Source: Okamejei kenojei (Eukaryota). From it: a stretch of 64,000 bases of DNA. The stretch covers positions 8,494,001 to 8,558,000 of the forward strand of contig CM069167.1 in the NCBI GenBank assembly GCA_035221665.1. Direction: 5' to 3'. The first letter of the stretch is position 1. Each line of letters starts with the position of its first letter. Positions 25,023 to 38,019 of the stretch are shown in pieces. The notes under the pieces are model-generated. The model had not been told where the DNA came from, made no database searches, and saw nothing but the letters and a program-made list of their open reading frames with translations. Position numbers and translations under genes: made by a program.

Positions 25023-27389
25023 GTATACCTCAGTATTTTTAGCTGTTGTCTCTAAATGTTTGCGGAAAGTGTGAGTTCAACCATGTGCCTGTGCCGTGCA
25101 GTTTTATTTGTACAGAATGAATCATTGCTTCTATTGTCTGCCGAGCTCTCTGCTTTCTGTTCGTTAGCAGGGAGACTGCTTGCATTTCTTGTGTTTTCCA
25201 TATTCACGGACATAAAGACTTGTAAAATGAATCAGAAAATCAAATTGCTTTAAAAATATATATAAACCAGTTCCTGTGATCATGTCACTGAAAACTGAAT
25301 TCAGTTGAATTAACTAAAATGACCGGTGAAGTAAAAATTTACAGATGTTCTTGTCCTGTGTGTAAAAAAAAACGGAGGTTTGGACGTCTATTTATTTAAA
25401 GAACCCTTTCTCCTTGCTGTATACTGCAGTAATCGAGACAAAGCACAGGATATTTAACCCTATGCGTGCTGAATTTGCTTCTCATTTTAGTACGTGTATG
25501 CTATTTTGTGCTTTTCCAGCAGTTCTGTTCAATAGAGATGTAGGGAGCTATAATCAACCAAAAACAGCTTTTCAGTCTGAATCATTTTCACTGACCCACA
25601 ATCAAATAATTTTAAGATTGGTGGCAGCTCCCATCTTCACATTCATATTTTAAGGTTATAAATTATTGTGGTCATTGTGGTGACTGAAACATGTGTACGG
25701 TTGTGTTGGTTCGGTAATTTCTTTGATTTTCTTCTTAACTTAATTTGCCTATCTAGTAACTGGATTTAAATTTGAGCAAGTGGGTGTAGGCCTTCTCCTG
25801 ATCTTTAGCAAACAAAAGGAATTAGCTATGGAATTAAATATATGAAATATATATATATAAATAGGATATAATTATGCATGATAATTTAGACTAAGGCTAT
25901 TAACATCTTTCAACACAGATTTAATTTTACATAATTTCATTATTTTTGGCGAATGCTGCGTGTGGGTGGTTTTCTTGTACTTCTGCGGAGAATACCACAC
26001 ACCTAATGTTATTATATCAATTACACAAAGAAGCAACAATGGCTTTTGGAGTCTGGGGAATGTGGTTTAGAACATATTTTGTACAGTGATATAGAAAATG
26101 CCTGCAGATTGTAGGTTGTTAATGGAAGCAAGGAGAATTTGCGACAAAATTGTGCTGTCTCTGCAAATAGTACCCCTGCCTCGAGTTATTTAGTAATTTT
26201 TGCACTCTATATGAAAGAAAGGGGTGTTAATTTGAGGTTGTTGGCTTTCTGATGAATATTTTTTAAATGAATGTCATCCACTTTGATCTTCATTCCGATG
26301 CTCCTATTCTATTTTATGTAATTTCTAATTCCTATCTCACCGGTAATATTCTACTGATAGTTTGAATTGACGAAATCACTAATTGAATTTCAACTGACAC
26401 AAGATAACGTTTAATTCAGACCTTAAAGCACTGAGTTTCCTTAAAAAGATTTGTGTAAACGATAGAAACTGCATTTAATTGCATCTATATCATTATATAC
26501 CCCACTTTGGCATTTCCAAATATCGGCCTTAAGAATGATAGGGAAAGCAAAATAAAATTGATACAATTTTCACTCCTGATCGTTTTTCAGCATTCCATGC
26601 TGGAAATGTACGTGTACTTCAATTGAGTAAGGCACTTGTGTCTCTCTGCAGTTAAACAGCCTGCGGATGTCTTTCTGGCTTCACACAGGGAAGATGAATA
26701 CTTAGAAATGTTAAAGATTGTTGATACATAGAAGTTAAACCATTGCAAAATATTACCTTTCCAAACAAGAGCAAACTAGAAGGAAGATTGCTTATAACGT
26801 ATACATTTCATTGTTATTGAAGCAGCATTTTTGTGAATTCAGAACAAACATTTTTTGATTTATTTTTGCACTTAAGTCTGAACAATTCAAGCCTTATGAT
26901 ATGCTCGATGACCAAAATATGCTTATATTAAAATAATTTGTTAATTTAAGAACTTTTTAAAATTATGTAATTGGAAATTAATGATTAAGGATGATTGGCT
27001 TGGTTGCTGCAGGTAATCTACGTGAGATTTGGCATAATTAGTCAGATGAAAACATTCTTGGATGCTGCATGGTCAATAGATGCTTCTGTGCTTTTGTCTA
27101 GTTTACAAATACATTGAATGAAGGATCAACAAATATAATACAGGTTGATAGTTGAATATTTGTTGAGCAGTCAATTCAATTCAAATTCACATTGTCCTCT
27201 AGCATTTCCTAGTGAGTTGCTCAATACAGGAATAGTCAGTAACCAAGTGTTACTGAGGTGGCAAAAATATTACCTCAGAAGACTAATTCTGCGGCATTAT
27301 AAATCTTATAGTGCTTTAAGTAAAAGGAAAAACAAAATGTTGCAACTATCGGGTCAGGCAATATCTACAGAACATAGCATATGAACATA

Positions 27390-28342
27390 AGATAGACACA
27401 AAAAGCTGGGGTAACTCAGCGGGTCATCTCTGGAGCGAAGGAATAGAAACATAAAAACATAGAAATTATGTGCAGGAGTAGGCCATTCGGCCCTTCGAGC
27501 CTGCACCACCATTCAATATGATCATGGCTGATCATCCAACTCAGTATCCCGTACCTGCCTTCTCTCCATACCCTCTGATCCCCTTAGCCACAAGGGCCAC
27601 ATCTAACTCCCTCTTAAATATAGCCAATGAACTGGCCTCAACTACCCTCTGTGGCAGAGAGTTTCAGAGACTCACCACTCTCTGTGTGAAAAAAGTCTTT
27701 CTCATCTCGGTCTTAAAGGATTTCCCCCTTATCCTTAAGCTGTGACCCCTTGTCCTGGACTTCCCCAACATCAGGAACAATCTTCCTGCATCTAGACTGT
27801 CTAACCTCCTTAAGAATTTTGTAAGTTTCTATAAGATCCCCTCTCAATCTCCTAAATTCTAGAGAGTATAAAACGAGTCTATCCAGTCTTTCTTCATAAG
27901 ACAGTCCTGACATCCCAGGAATCAGTCTGGTGAACCTTCTCTGCACTCCCTCTATGGCAATAATGTCCTTCCTCAGATTTGGAGACCAGAACTGTACACA
28001 ATACTCCAGGTGTGGTCTCACCAAGACCCTGTACAACTGAAGTAGAACCTCCCTGCTCCTATACTCAAATCCTTTTGCTTTGAAAGCTAACATACCATTC
28101 GCTTTCTTCACTGCCTGCTGCACCTGCATGCCTACTTTCAATGACTAGAGTACACCATGACACCCAGGGCTCGCTGCATCTCCCCTTTTCCTAATCGGCA
28201 CCATTTAGAATAGGTGAGTCCCTTCTTTTCGACCTGAAATGTCACCTCTTCCTTTACTCCACATATATGCTGTCTGACCCGCTGAGTTACTCCAGCTTTA
28301 TGTGTCTTCGATTTAAACCAGCATCTGCAGCCCCTTCCTACT
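27390..28342. mobile_element. Penelope-derived inverted short element split by a CR1 insertion
   Basis: Left arm gacacaaaaagctggggtaactcagcgggtca is complementary to right arm tgacccgctgagttactccagctttatgtgtc. Confidence 0.75.
27447..28207 (-). mobile_element. Young 5'-truncated CR1 LINE
   Basis: ORF 27713-28141 (LVRPHLEYCVQFWSP...RRLRGDLIETYKI) with (catagaaa)n tail and TSD gaatag at 27441-27446 and 28208-28213. Confidence 0.95.
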
Positions 28343-28349
28343 CATATGA

Positions 28350-30800
28350 ACATAATGTATAGCAGGGTTAGGATACTTGTGCCTGTCCCACATTCATTAT
28401 GGCTGATATTTTATCACAGTGCCACTTTACCACACCAATCATATATCCCATGATTCTCTTCGTATTTAAAATACAGTTAATCTTTGAATATACTCTGTAC
28501 TCTTGGGTATTGAATTCCAAAGATCCATCACACTCTTGAGTAAAATAATTTCTTATCACAAAGGTTCCAAAATGGCTAAATTCTTATTTCAGGCTGATTC
28601 TAACAACACTCTAGCCAAGGGAAACATTAACTCCACATCTATCCGCTGAAACCCATTATAGTCATAGAGAGATACAGCAAAGAAATTAGCCTTTCTGTCC
28701 ACTTAGTCTGTGCTGCCATGAAGCACCCATTTTTACACACAATGCTGCGTGTCCCGGGTCCCGCTGAGCTATTCCAGCATTTTGTGTCGTATCTTCGGTG
28801 TAAACCAGCATCTGCATTTCCTTCCTACCCATTTTTTACACCCTGCCCTAACCCATTTCACTCTCCTTGTATTCTCCAGATTACATGATTTGTCTAAACA
28901 TTAGGGGCAATTTACAGTGCCCATTACCCTATCAATCAATATTTTTTTGTGTGGTTGGAAGAAGCCAGAAGGAACCCCATGCAGTCACAGGGAGAAGATG
29001 CAAATGCTACGCAGACTGTGTCAGAGGTCAGGATTTAACCCGTGGTCACTGTGTCGATCACCAGAATTTATTTATGTTTCAATTTAATTACCACTCATTA
29101 TCCTGAATGTGGAAATATAGACACACTCTCCTTAAGTATTTCTTATACAGAAAGCTCAACATCCCAGCAATCAGTTTGCGGCATCTTCACTTTGCTTTTT
29201 CTATCCTTCGTCAGGTAGAGATTAGACCTGCGCACACTATTCTCCAGAACTCTATTTAGTACTTGAGGAAATCGCCTTGAAAATAAAGGCCAAATTACCT
29301 TCCAAATTGTTTGCTATACCTGCATGTTGATTTTCACTGGTTTGTATACAAGGTTCTCCAGGTTTTTGTGAATACAAACACCTTTCAGTTTCTCATAATT
29401 AAAATAAAACAACTTTTTTTATTTTAAACACTAATGAATGACCTCAAATGTTTCCACATTACATTACCATGTCCATGCCTATTCTTAAATCTCTAGGGTG
29501 CCTCTGTGCATTCTTGTCAAGGGCAATGCTGACACCTAGTTTTATGTTGTCAGCAAAGTTGGATACATTGTACTTGATTCTCCCATCTGTATCATTGAAA
29601 TAGTTTGTGAACAGCTAGGATCATTACAATGATTCCAGTGACATTCACTAATCATGTCCTCCCAACTCCAATAAGATGTGTCCCAAAGTTGTTTTCTCTC
29701 CATTAACAAATCATCAATGTGCCAATTTACAACTTATCACTGTGCACTTTAATTTTGTTTAACCATTCTTATTTGTTACCTTATCAAAGGACTGTTGAAA
29801 ATCCAGATACACAACATTAACTAATTCACTCTTTTCTCTACTGCTTGTTAAAGCTTAAAAAACCCCTCAAATTTTACAAAAAATATTTCTCTTTCGTAAA
29901 TCCATGTTAGTTCTATCCAATCCTATTATTATCAAATTTCCCATTGCCACACCTAATAGCAAATTACAACATTTATCCGTCCGCTTTTGACAAACTAAAT
30001 TCTGTATAATTCCAGGTGTTTTCTCCTCTCCTGTTCTAAAATAATAGGGGTCTGTCTGCTACCTTCAAATCTGAGCCGTCGTGTTAGCATTCATGAAATT
30101 TTAGTGGCTGTACCAGTTATCATCTTCCATTTCCATAGCTATCTTGCCCAAAGCCCTTGGATGCACTTCGTCAGGTCCAGGGAATTTACTGTCCTTCAGT
30201 TCCATCAGTACAAAACAAAAGAACAAATTAAGATTAATTTCTTTGAACCTTATGCATTGTGGACCTTTTAATTCATTATTATTTCCTGAATAATTTCTCT
30301 GTCTTCTGTGAAGATGGTCACAAAATATTTGTTTATTTTCCCTTCAACTTGATTCTCTAATAGGCTCTTAACTTTGTCACTAAGGAAATTTTATTGCCTT
30401 TGGCAAAATTTCCTTTTTACATATCAGTAAAACCTCTTACAATATGTTTTTCTGTTTCACTCTAATCTACTCTTGTATTCTTTCCTTTCTTGATCAATGC
30501 TTTGGCCACTTTGCTGAATTCTGAAATGTTTCCAGTCCTCAAATTGACTGCTATTTTGCAACGTTATGGGCTCTTGTCTTTTGGTATTTTAATTTCTTTA
30601 CTTTCTGTTATCCATGCATGGACTACTTTTCCTATTTCTTTGCCTTAAATATATGTAACTTGTAAGCTATGCATTAATTCCTTAAATATTAGCCATTGTT
30701 TGTTTACAGTCATACATTTTAATATAGACTCCCAATTTGCCATCACCAATGCACACCTCATGTCTACTTTGATGGCTTTATTCGGATTGAAGACTTCAAT
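28350..30800 (-). mobile_element. Old decayed CR1 with nested SINE and Penelope-derived pieces (~28660-29060)
   Basis: Patchy similarity to the younger copy at 31280-32380 (gtcagcaaagttgga, accttatcaaagg, cgtaaatccatg). Confidence 0.7.
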
Positions 30801-31074
30801 TTCAATAGACAATAGATGCAGGAGTAGGCCGTTCGAGCCAGCACTGCCATTCAATATGATCATGGATGATCATCCCCATTCAGTACCCCATTCCTGCCTT
30901 GTCCTCATATCCCCTGACTCCGCTATTTTTAAGAGCCCTATCTAGCTCTCTTGAAAGCATCCAGAGAACTTGCCTCCACCGGCCTCCGAGGCAGAGAATT
31001 CCACAGACTCCACTCTCTGTGAGAAGAAGTGTTTCCTCCTCTCCGTTCTAATTGGCTTACTCCTTATTCTTAAA

Positions 31075-31274
31075 TGGCTTGTTCCCTTTATCATCGATAC
31101 TTTTTTGCATATCTTTCACTCATTGTTCTTTATCTCTCCACATCACTGTCTATATCTCTCGTTTCCCTGATCCCTGACCAGTCTGAAGAAGGGTCTTGAC
31201 CCGAAACGTCGCCTATCTCCTTCGCCTCTTAGATGCTGCTGCATCCGCTGAGTTTCTCCAGCTTTTTGTGTAAC
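31075..31274 (+). mobile_element. Penelope-derived short element nested in CR1
   Basis: TSD tcttaaa at 31068-31074 and 31275-31281; the CR1 sequence resumes across it. Confidence 0.8.
31179..31214 (+). ncRNA. Minimal type I hammerhead ribozyme-like motif
   Basis: CTGAAGA-a-GGGTC-tt-GACCC-GAAA-c-GTC: both core boxes, a 5-bp stem II and a GUC site. Stem I has only about 2 bp. Confidence 0.55.
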
Positions 31275-32869
31275 TCTTAAACTGTGGCCCCTGGTTCTGG
31301 ACTCCCCCAACATCGGGAACATGTTTCCTGCCTCTAGCGTGTCCAAACCCTTAACAATCTTATTTGTTTCAATGAGATCCCTCTCATCCTTCTAACCTCC
31401 AGAGTGTACAAGCCCAGCCGCTCCATTCTCTCAGCATATGACAGTCCCGCCATCCCAGGAATTAACCTTGTAAACCTATGCTGCACTCCCTCAATAGCAA
31501 GAATGTCCTCCCTCAAATTAGGGGACCAAAACTGAACACAATACTCCAGGTGTGGTCTCACTAGGGCTCTGTACAACTGCAGAAGGCCCTCTTTGCTCAT
31601 ATATTCGATTCCTCATTATCAAGGCCAACATGCCATTCGCTTTCTTCATTGCCTGCTGTACCTGCATGCTTACTTTCATAGATTGATGAACAAAGACTCC
31701 CAGATCCCGTTGTACTTCCCCTTTTCCCAACTTGACGCCATTTAGATAGTAATCTGCCTTCCTGTTTTTGCTACCAGAGTGGATAACCTAGCATTTATCC
31801 ACGTTAAACTTCATCTGCCATGCATCTGCCCACTCCCCCAACCTGACCAATTCACCCTGCATTCTCATAGCATCCTCCTCACAGTCACACTGCCACCGAG
31901 CTTTGTGTCATCTGCAAATTTGCTAATGTTACTTTAATCCCATCATCCAAATAATTGATGTATATTGTAAATAGCTGTGGTCCCAGCACCGAGCCTTGCG
32001 GTACCCCACTAGTCACTGCCTGCCATTCTGCAAAGGATTCATTAATCCCTACTCTTTGTTTCCTATCTGCCAATCAATTCTCTATCCTTGTCAGAACTCT
32101 ACTCCCAATCCCATGTGCCCTAATTTTGCCCACAAATCTCCTATGTGGGACCTTATCAAATGCTTGTCCATTTTCCTAGTTACATCTTCAAAAATTTCCA
32201 AAAGATTAGTCAAGCATGATTTCCCCTTCGTAAATCCATGCTGACTCAGACCGATCCTGTTGCTGCTATCCAAATGTGCAGCTATTTCATCTTTTATAAT
32301 TGACTCCAGCATCTTCCCCACCACCGATGTCAGGCTAACTGGTCTATAATTCCCTGTTTTCTCTCTCCTGCCTTTCTTAAATTTCATCAATTTTTTATTT
32401 AAAAATCTCACATTACTATCACTGTCCTCTAAATGACCTCTTAATTATCATATTTATCAATCGATCCTTTGTCATTACACAATAATAAATCATAATTAGC
32501 CTATGGTCTAGGCTCCTCAACATACCAATCCAAAAAAACATTGTAAAAACTACATGGATTTAATTTTTCTTCCATGCCATTATGGCTCATTTGGTTTGCT
32601 GATTTTGTGATTTATATTTTGCCACTACTGTTTGGGATGGGGAGGGGGGTATTATATATAACTCCCACATTTTTTTCTATTACTTTCTTTTTTCTCAGTT
32701 CCACCAAAACTCCATCAGGACTTCTTATTCCACTTCTGTTTTGCCTATTTGTTAAAAAAAAAAAAAAAGATTTTATTTGTTCCCAACCTTTCTTATTTTG
32801 TGTCTGGAATGACTTTTAGATCATACCCATTAATTTCTATTTGTGCCATTTATTGAGTCAATACAAAAC

Positions 32870-33114
32870 AGCATAATGCAAATTAGTATCAGTGGGGTGG
32901 TGGGGAGGAAGAATGGTAAAACATTTTAAAAATGAAAGCTCTTTACCTGAATACACACAGCTTTGGCTTCCATACCATCATGCCAAAAATGATTGCTCTT
33001 TACCTGAATACACACAGCCATAGCTGTGTGTATTCAGGTAAAGAGCTTTCATTTTTAAAATGTTTTACCATTCTTCCTCCCCACCACCCCACTGATGCTA
33101 ATTTGCATTATGCT
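32870..33114. repeat. 93-bp inverted repeat with internal 24-bp duplicate
   Basis: 32870-32962 is the reverse complement of 33022-33114 with one mismatch. 32995-33018 repeats 32938-32961. Confidence 0.95.
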
Positions 33115-33850
33115 CTGTTTTGTACGCTGCTTCTTCCTGACAGACTTTAGTTGTCATTTTACTATCCTGTATTGTTGTTTTGTACTTTCTCTTTAATTTT
33201 CCAACTGTCCTCATACAAGAATTCTACTCTCCCCAAATGACAATAAATGCTGGAAACACTCAACAGATCAGGCAGCATCTGGTGAAAGATTCACTGAAAG
33301 ACACACTGATGTTCAGGTAACTTTGTCATTGCTAAAATTCAGAGATTAGGTGGTATGGAAAATTGTGGTAGGAGGAAGGCATGTTGAAAATCTACAATCT
33401 CATCACCTATTTTATATCCAGACAACTAGCCACATTAGTAGTCTACTTGACACACTGGCAAGGTGCTTTGAATTGAATAATTTAACATATTCCTTTCCAA
33501 TGTGTTTCGAGGCTGCTTAATTATTGAATTGTTTACATGAGGCTATTACGTTCTTCTTGTGAAGTTAGGTAATCCAGAGGGGATAGTAGGCCACCCAATT
33601 ACCACTCCAACAGGATTTTAGCAAGAATGTTTGCATGCACAATGTTCAGTGTTCACTAATATGTTCTCAATCTGACATCACACATTGAGCAAATATGACA
33701 AAAAGAAACATGTTGTTTTATGCTTTTCACGGCAGTCAGATTAAGAGATAGTGACATTGAAAAGAGGAGTCTGGTGTTATAATCCTTGTAAATTCAAGAA
33801 TAGGTCATGTTATCATCACCCCCACCCCTCAATCACAACACTATTTCCTT

Positions 33851-34064
33851 TCGTAGTTTACACCCGAGCGGTATGAACATTGACCTCCAATTTCAGGTAG
33901 TCCTTGCTTTCTCCCTCCTTCCCCTCCCCTTCCAGCTCTCCCACAGCCTACTGTCTCCGCCTCTTCCTTTCTTCTTCCTGTCCCCCCCCACTCCCACGTC
34001 ACCTATTCCTTCGCTCCATAGATGCTGCCTCACCCACTGAGTTTCTCCAGCATTTTTGTCTCCC
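33851..34064 (+). mobile_element. Penelope-like element 3' fragment
   Basis: Encodes SLHPSGMNID (GIY-YIG C-terminal L-x-P-x-G-x-N motif), then the same tail as the short elements (gatgctgcctcacccactgagtttctccagcatttttgtc). Confidence 0.7.
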
Positions 34065-34371
34065 TACTAATTCCTTGCCAATCATTGGTCCTACAGTTAG
34101 GAAGGTGAGATAGCCTGTTCCAAGATGGATGAATGTTGGATTGGAGACTGGTATTTGTTCTTAAATGTCCAACTACACAGTCCATAATATCTTATGAAAC
34201 CCTTTTTTTAAGCTTATATCTTCATGCAAAAAAAAAGTTGGTAATTGCCAAATAACAGGGCAGGGATCCGTTGAAGTATTTGTGCATTCCTCCTCCTTTC
34301 TGATCCTAAACAAGGAGCACTGAAACCCATTGCATGTCCTGGCTGGCAGAAGTTACTTCACAGACGGGGGT

Positions 34372-34392
34372 GGGGGGGGGGGGGGGGGGGGG
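34372..34392. repeat. Poly-G run (similar poly-C at 8901-8921)
   Basis: About 21 G read directly. Confidence 0.9.
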
Positions 34393-34934
34393 ATCGGGGT
34401 GGAATGTAGATTTTCAGCTTCATTCTGCACTAAGCATTACCTTTCAGACTGGATGACAAACTGAAATCAGTAACACTATCAGATTTTGGAAGATGTTTTA
34501 AAAGACACAATTTTACTTCAAGTACAATCTACTGGTGAAAATTTGATTTTTTTTTAATGACTGAACTCTTTTTTTGGTCTCCATTGTTTTTTAAAGCAAA
34601 TCAATTGGATTATTTTTTTCGAAGGTAGACACGAAATGCTGGAGTAACTCAGCGGGACAGGTAGCATCTCTGGAGAGAAGGAATGGGTGATGTTTCAGGT
34701 CAAGACCCTTCTTACATTAGATGGCAGAGAGGGAATTTTAAAAATAAATATCCTGGATATAATCTGAAGCAATTGAAATAAAATTCCTTGAGCATTGAGT
34801 AAATTAATTATAATGAACTTAGAGCATAGAACAGACCAATTGGCATTGTTGCTTGTTCTGATGTTGGTACCCAGAACATGGTTTGCATAGAGTCAGTATG
34901 TTTCATAAATGGAACATTGTGTTTGAGGTGCCAC

Positions 34935-35878
34935 AAGGCTGGTCCTGGGACCCTAGTTATTTACAATATATATTAACTATTTAGACGAGGGAATTAAAGC
35001 TAGGTGGCAGTGTGAGCTGCGAGGCGGATGCTATGAAGCTGCAGGATGACTTAGATAGGCTGGGTGAGTGGGCAGATGCATGGCAGATGCAGTATAATGT
35101 GGATAAATGTGTGGCAAGAACAGGAAGGCAGACTAATGTCTGAATGGTGTCAGATAATGAAAAGGGGAGGTGCAACGAGACCTGGATGTGCTTGTATATC
35201 AGTCACTGAAAATAAGCATGCAGGAACAGCAGGCAGTGAAGAAAGCTAATGGTATGTTAGCCTTCATTGCGAGTGGATTTGAGTTTAGGAGCAAGGAGGA
35301 CATACTGCAGTAATACAGGGCCCTGGTGAGACTGCACCTGGAGTATTGTGTGCAATTTTAGTCTCCTAATTTGAGGAAGGACATTATTGCTATTGAGGGA
35401 GTGCAGCCTAGGTTCACCAGGTTAATTCTCGGGACTGACATATGATGAAAGAATGGGTGGACTGGGCTTATATTCACTGGAATTTAGAAGGATGAGAGGA
35501 GATCTTCTGGAAACATATAACATTCTTAAAGGTTTGGACAGGCTATATGCAGGAAAAAAATGTTCCAGATGTTGGGAGAGTCAAGAACCAGGGGTCACAG
35601 TTTAAGAATAAGGGGTAGGCTATTTAGGACTGAGATGAGGAAAACCTTTTTCACCCAGAGAGTTGTGAATCTGTGGAACTCTCTGCCACAGAAGGCAATG
35701 GAGGCCAATTCACTGGATGTTTTCAAGAGAGAGTTAGATTTAGCTCTTAGGGCTAAAGGATCAAGGGATATGAGGAAAAAGCAGGAACAGGGTACTGATT
35801 TTAGATAACCATTGAATGGCGGTGCTGGATCGAAGAGCTGAATGGCCTACCCCTGCACCTATTTTTCTATGTTTCTAT
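34935..35878 (+). mobile_element. CR1 LINE 3' ~0.9 kb
   Basis: Peptide GESRTRGHSLRIRGRLFRTEMRKTFFTQRVVNLWNSLPQ; tail ends tttctatgtttctat. Confidence 0.93.
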
Positions 35879-36081
35879 ACAAAGCTCTAAGTGGAAGTGG
35901 GGAGGATTCAGAGAGTCTGTAAGCAATAAAGACAAGTGAGCGGATAAGAGGGAGAATAATAGAACGTGATGTGCATTAGTTGAAGCAAAAAAGAATACAT
36001 TTTAAATGGTGTGAAATGAATAAAAGTTGTCGAACAGATTTTGGATGCTGGTTCATAAGACAAGAAAAAATGCCTATAAAG

Positions 36082-37074
36082 TAGGAATGTTACAAAACTT
36101 ACCTTCAGCGGCGTTGCAGTTCTGTCACTGGCCGTGTGCGCGACTTTGGCGCCTTTGAGGGGTGGGCGGGGTTAAAATGCGGTTTTCCCCTGACTTCCGG
36201 AGTTATATTTTCTCGGGGTGCGAGCTTTTTCTGAACATTCGTTCTGACTGCCGGTATGTGAATTTTTTTTTAATCGCCCAACTATTTCAGCGCTGGAGTA
36301 AAATAAAAATTAGCTTCAAATGCCATGAACGCCGACAATGGGAACGGATTTTACGTAGGGGACAGGTAAAGGAAAGCTGTTTATGTTTTCATATAAACTT
36401 GCTTGTTAAGATGACCTTAATCCAAGTTTCATGTTGCGAAACGGTGATTTATTCCCCATATGAACCGGCAGTATTTTTCCTGCCGATATGGGGTTTAAAT
36501 TCACCGCAACCGCAACGTTCCAACCCATTGCGTTCCAGAAAATCCCACTCGCAAACTGATTTAAATGGCCATTAATTTACGGGAATTAAACACTAAATTC
36601 CTTCAATTTGGCCTATAAATTCATAACAATAAGAGTTAATAATCATGTCATATTGTGAATTCTAGTGTGAATGTTATTTGGACACTTAGGCTTTTTAAAA
36701 AATGTTAATATTTTCTTAAGAAATGGATAGATATTTAGATCTAGTAATTGAATTTTGCAATTAGCTACAATTGGGTAACTAACTAATTATATGCTTTAAT
36801 TTCAGGTCATCCAAGTAAGATTGTTTCATATTTATTTCAGAATGCTTCAATCTATAATAACTGAAATTTTATTTCAGTTCTCTTCATTTTTAAGAAAGTT
36901 ATGGGCTTTTGACTGTTCTCAATCAGAGTATGAAAATGGCCATACTGAAGATTATTTTAATACTGAAGATATGAAAGTGAATTAGGTGTCAAATTAAAAT
37001 TATTTTTATGCATTATCTGATGGGATAAATTGCAGACTTCATTTTTAAAATCTCAATATTTTGTAACATTGCTA
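36082..37074. mobile_element. Non-autonomous DNA transposon (MITE-like, 993 bp)
   Basis: TIRs taggaatgttacaaaa (36082-36097) and ttttgtaacattgcta (37059-37074) match at 15/16. Flanking direct repeat tataaag. Interrupts an old CR1 that resumes at ~37082. Confidence 0.85.
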
Positions 37075-38019
37075 TATAAAGCAAGCCTTTGTTCGAAGAG
37101 TATGGGGTCCAAACGTAAGAAAGTCATGTTGAAATTCTGCAGGATTTTGGTGAGAATTGATTGGTGTCTTGAAGAAAATTTACAACGGCATGCAGTATAG
37201 ATGCACTTGACGGAAGGTTGTCCTCTGAAGAGAGCTAACCTGACGTTTATTTATTGAAGTTTCCAGGAATGCAAGATATTGAATATACAAGATTTGAAAA
37301 GCATTGATGAGATTGATGCCAGAAAACTCTCCTCCCAGCTGCTGAAAATAAAACTTGGAGGACATGGTCTCTGGGATATCCACTTAAGACCGAAATAACA
37401 CATTTTATCATGAGTTGCGAATCTTTGCAATGTTCTGTTCAATGAGCAATGGATGTTCAGTGCTTTGAAGAGTGGCTGATCATCTACACAGGAGTGTAGT
37501 TTAATTGGAATTAATTTAGAGATCTAATGTAAGGCAAGCACAGTCCTACTTATCGTTTGAATAAAAGACTGGTGTTTAGAACAGTCCTGAAGAAATTCTA
37601 GTAATGATATCAGAATGGTGTCAAATGTTGAGGAAACTGTTGTCAAAAATTGATGCTCAGAAAACATAGAATCAAAGTTCATTTGTTTCCTAGGTGTTAA
37701 TAGAAGATACCCTCCTTGAAGAAGTGATTTATTATTATTTTAACCAGTCTGAAGAAGGGTCCTGAGCCAAAATGTTATCTGTAATTTGTGTCACTTATAA
37801 ATTTGTTTGAAGAGGAGTAAGGACAGACTTTTTTTTACTCAATAGATTATCTTTGTCAAGTGGGTGAGATACTGGACTAGTATTCTTTGAATTCCACCAC
37901 ATCATGAAACTGAATCAGGGACCACTGATAGTCTATTAGGAAAGCCAGTTTAGTACCTGTATGTGATTCTCATTCCCTGGCACTCGGTTGAATTTTTGTT
38001 GTAACAGAGTTGAACAGGA

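Larger units (their letters stand above)
30805..32379 (-). mobile_element. CR1 LINE, ~1.4 kb of RT and 3' end, frameshifted
   Basis: Peptides GNYRPVSLTSVVGKMLESII, QHGFTKGKSCLTNLLE, VTSGVPQGSVLGPQLFTIYIN and LVRPHLEYCVQFWSP. Possible TSD aatttca. Confidence 0.95.

Noticed and set aside
37745-37782. Additional hammerhead-like motif ctgaagaagggtcctgagccaaaatg
   Set aside because: The GAAA box and stem II are broken; a dead copy.
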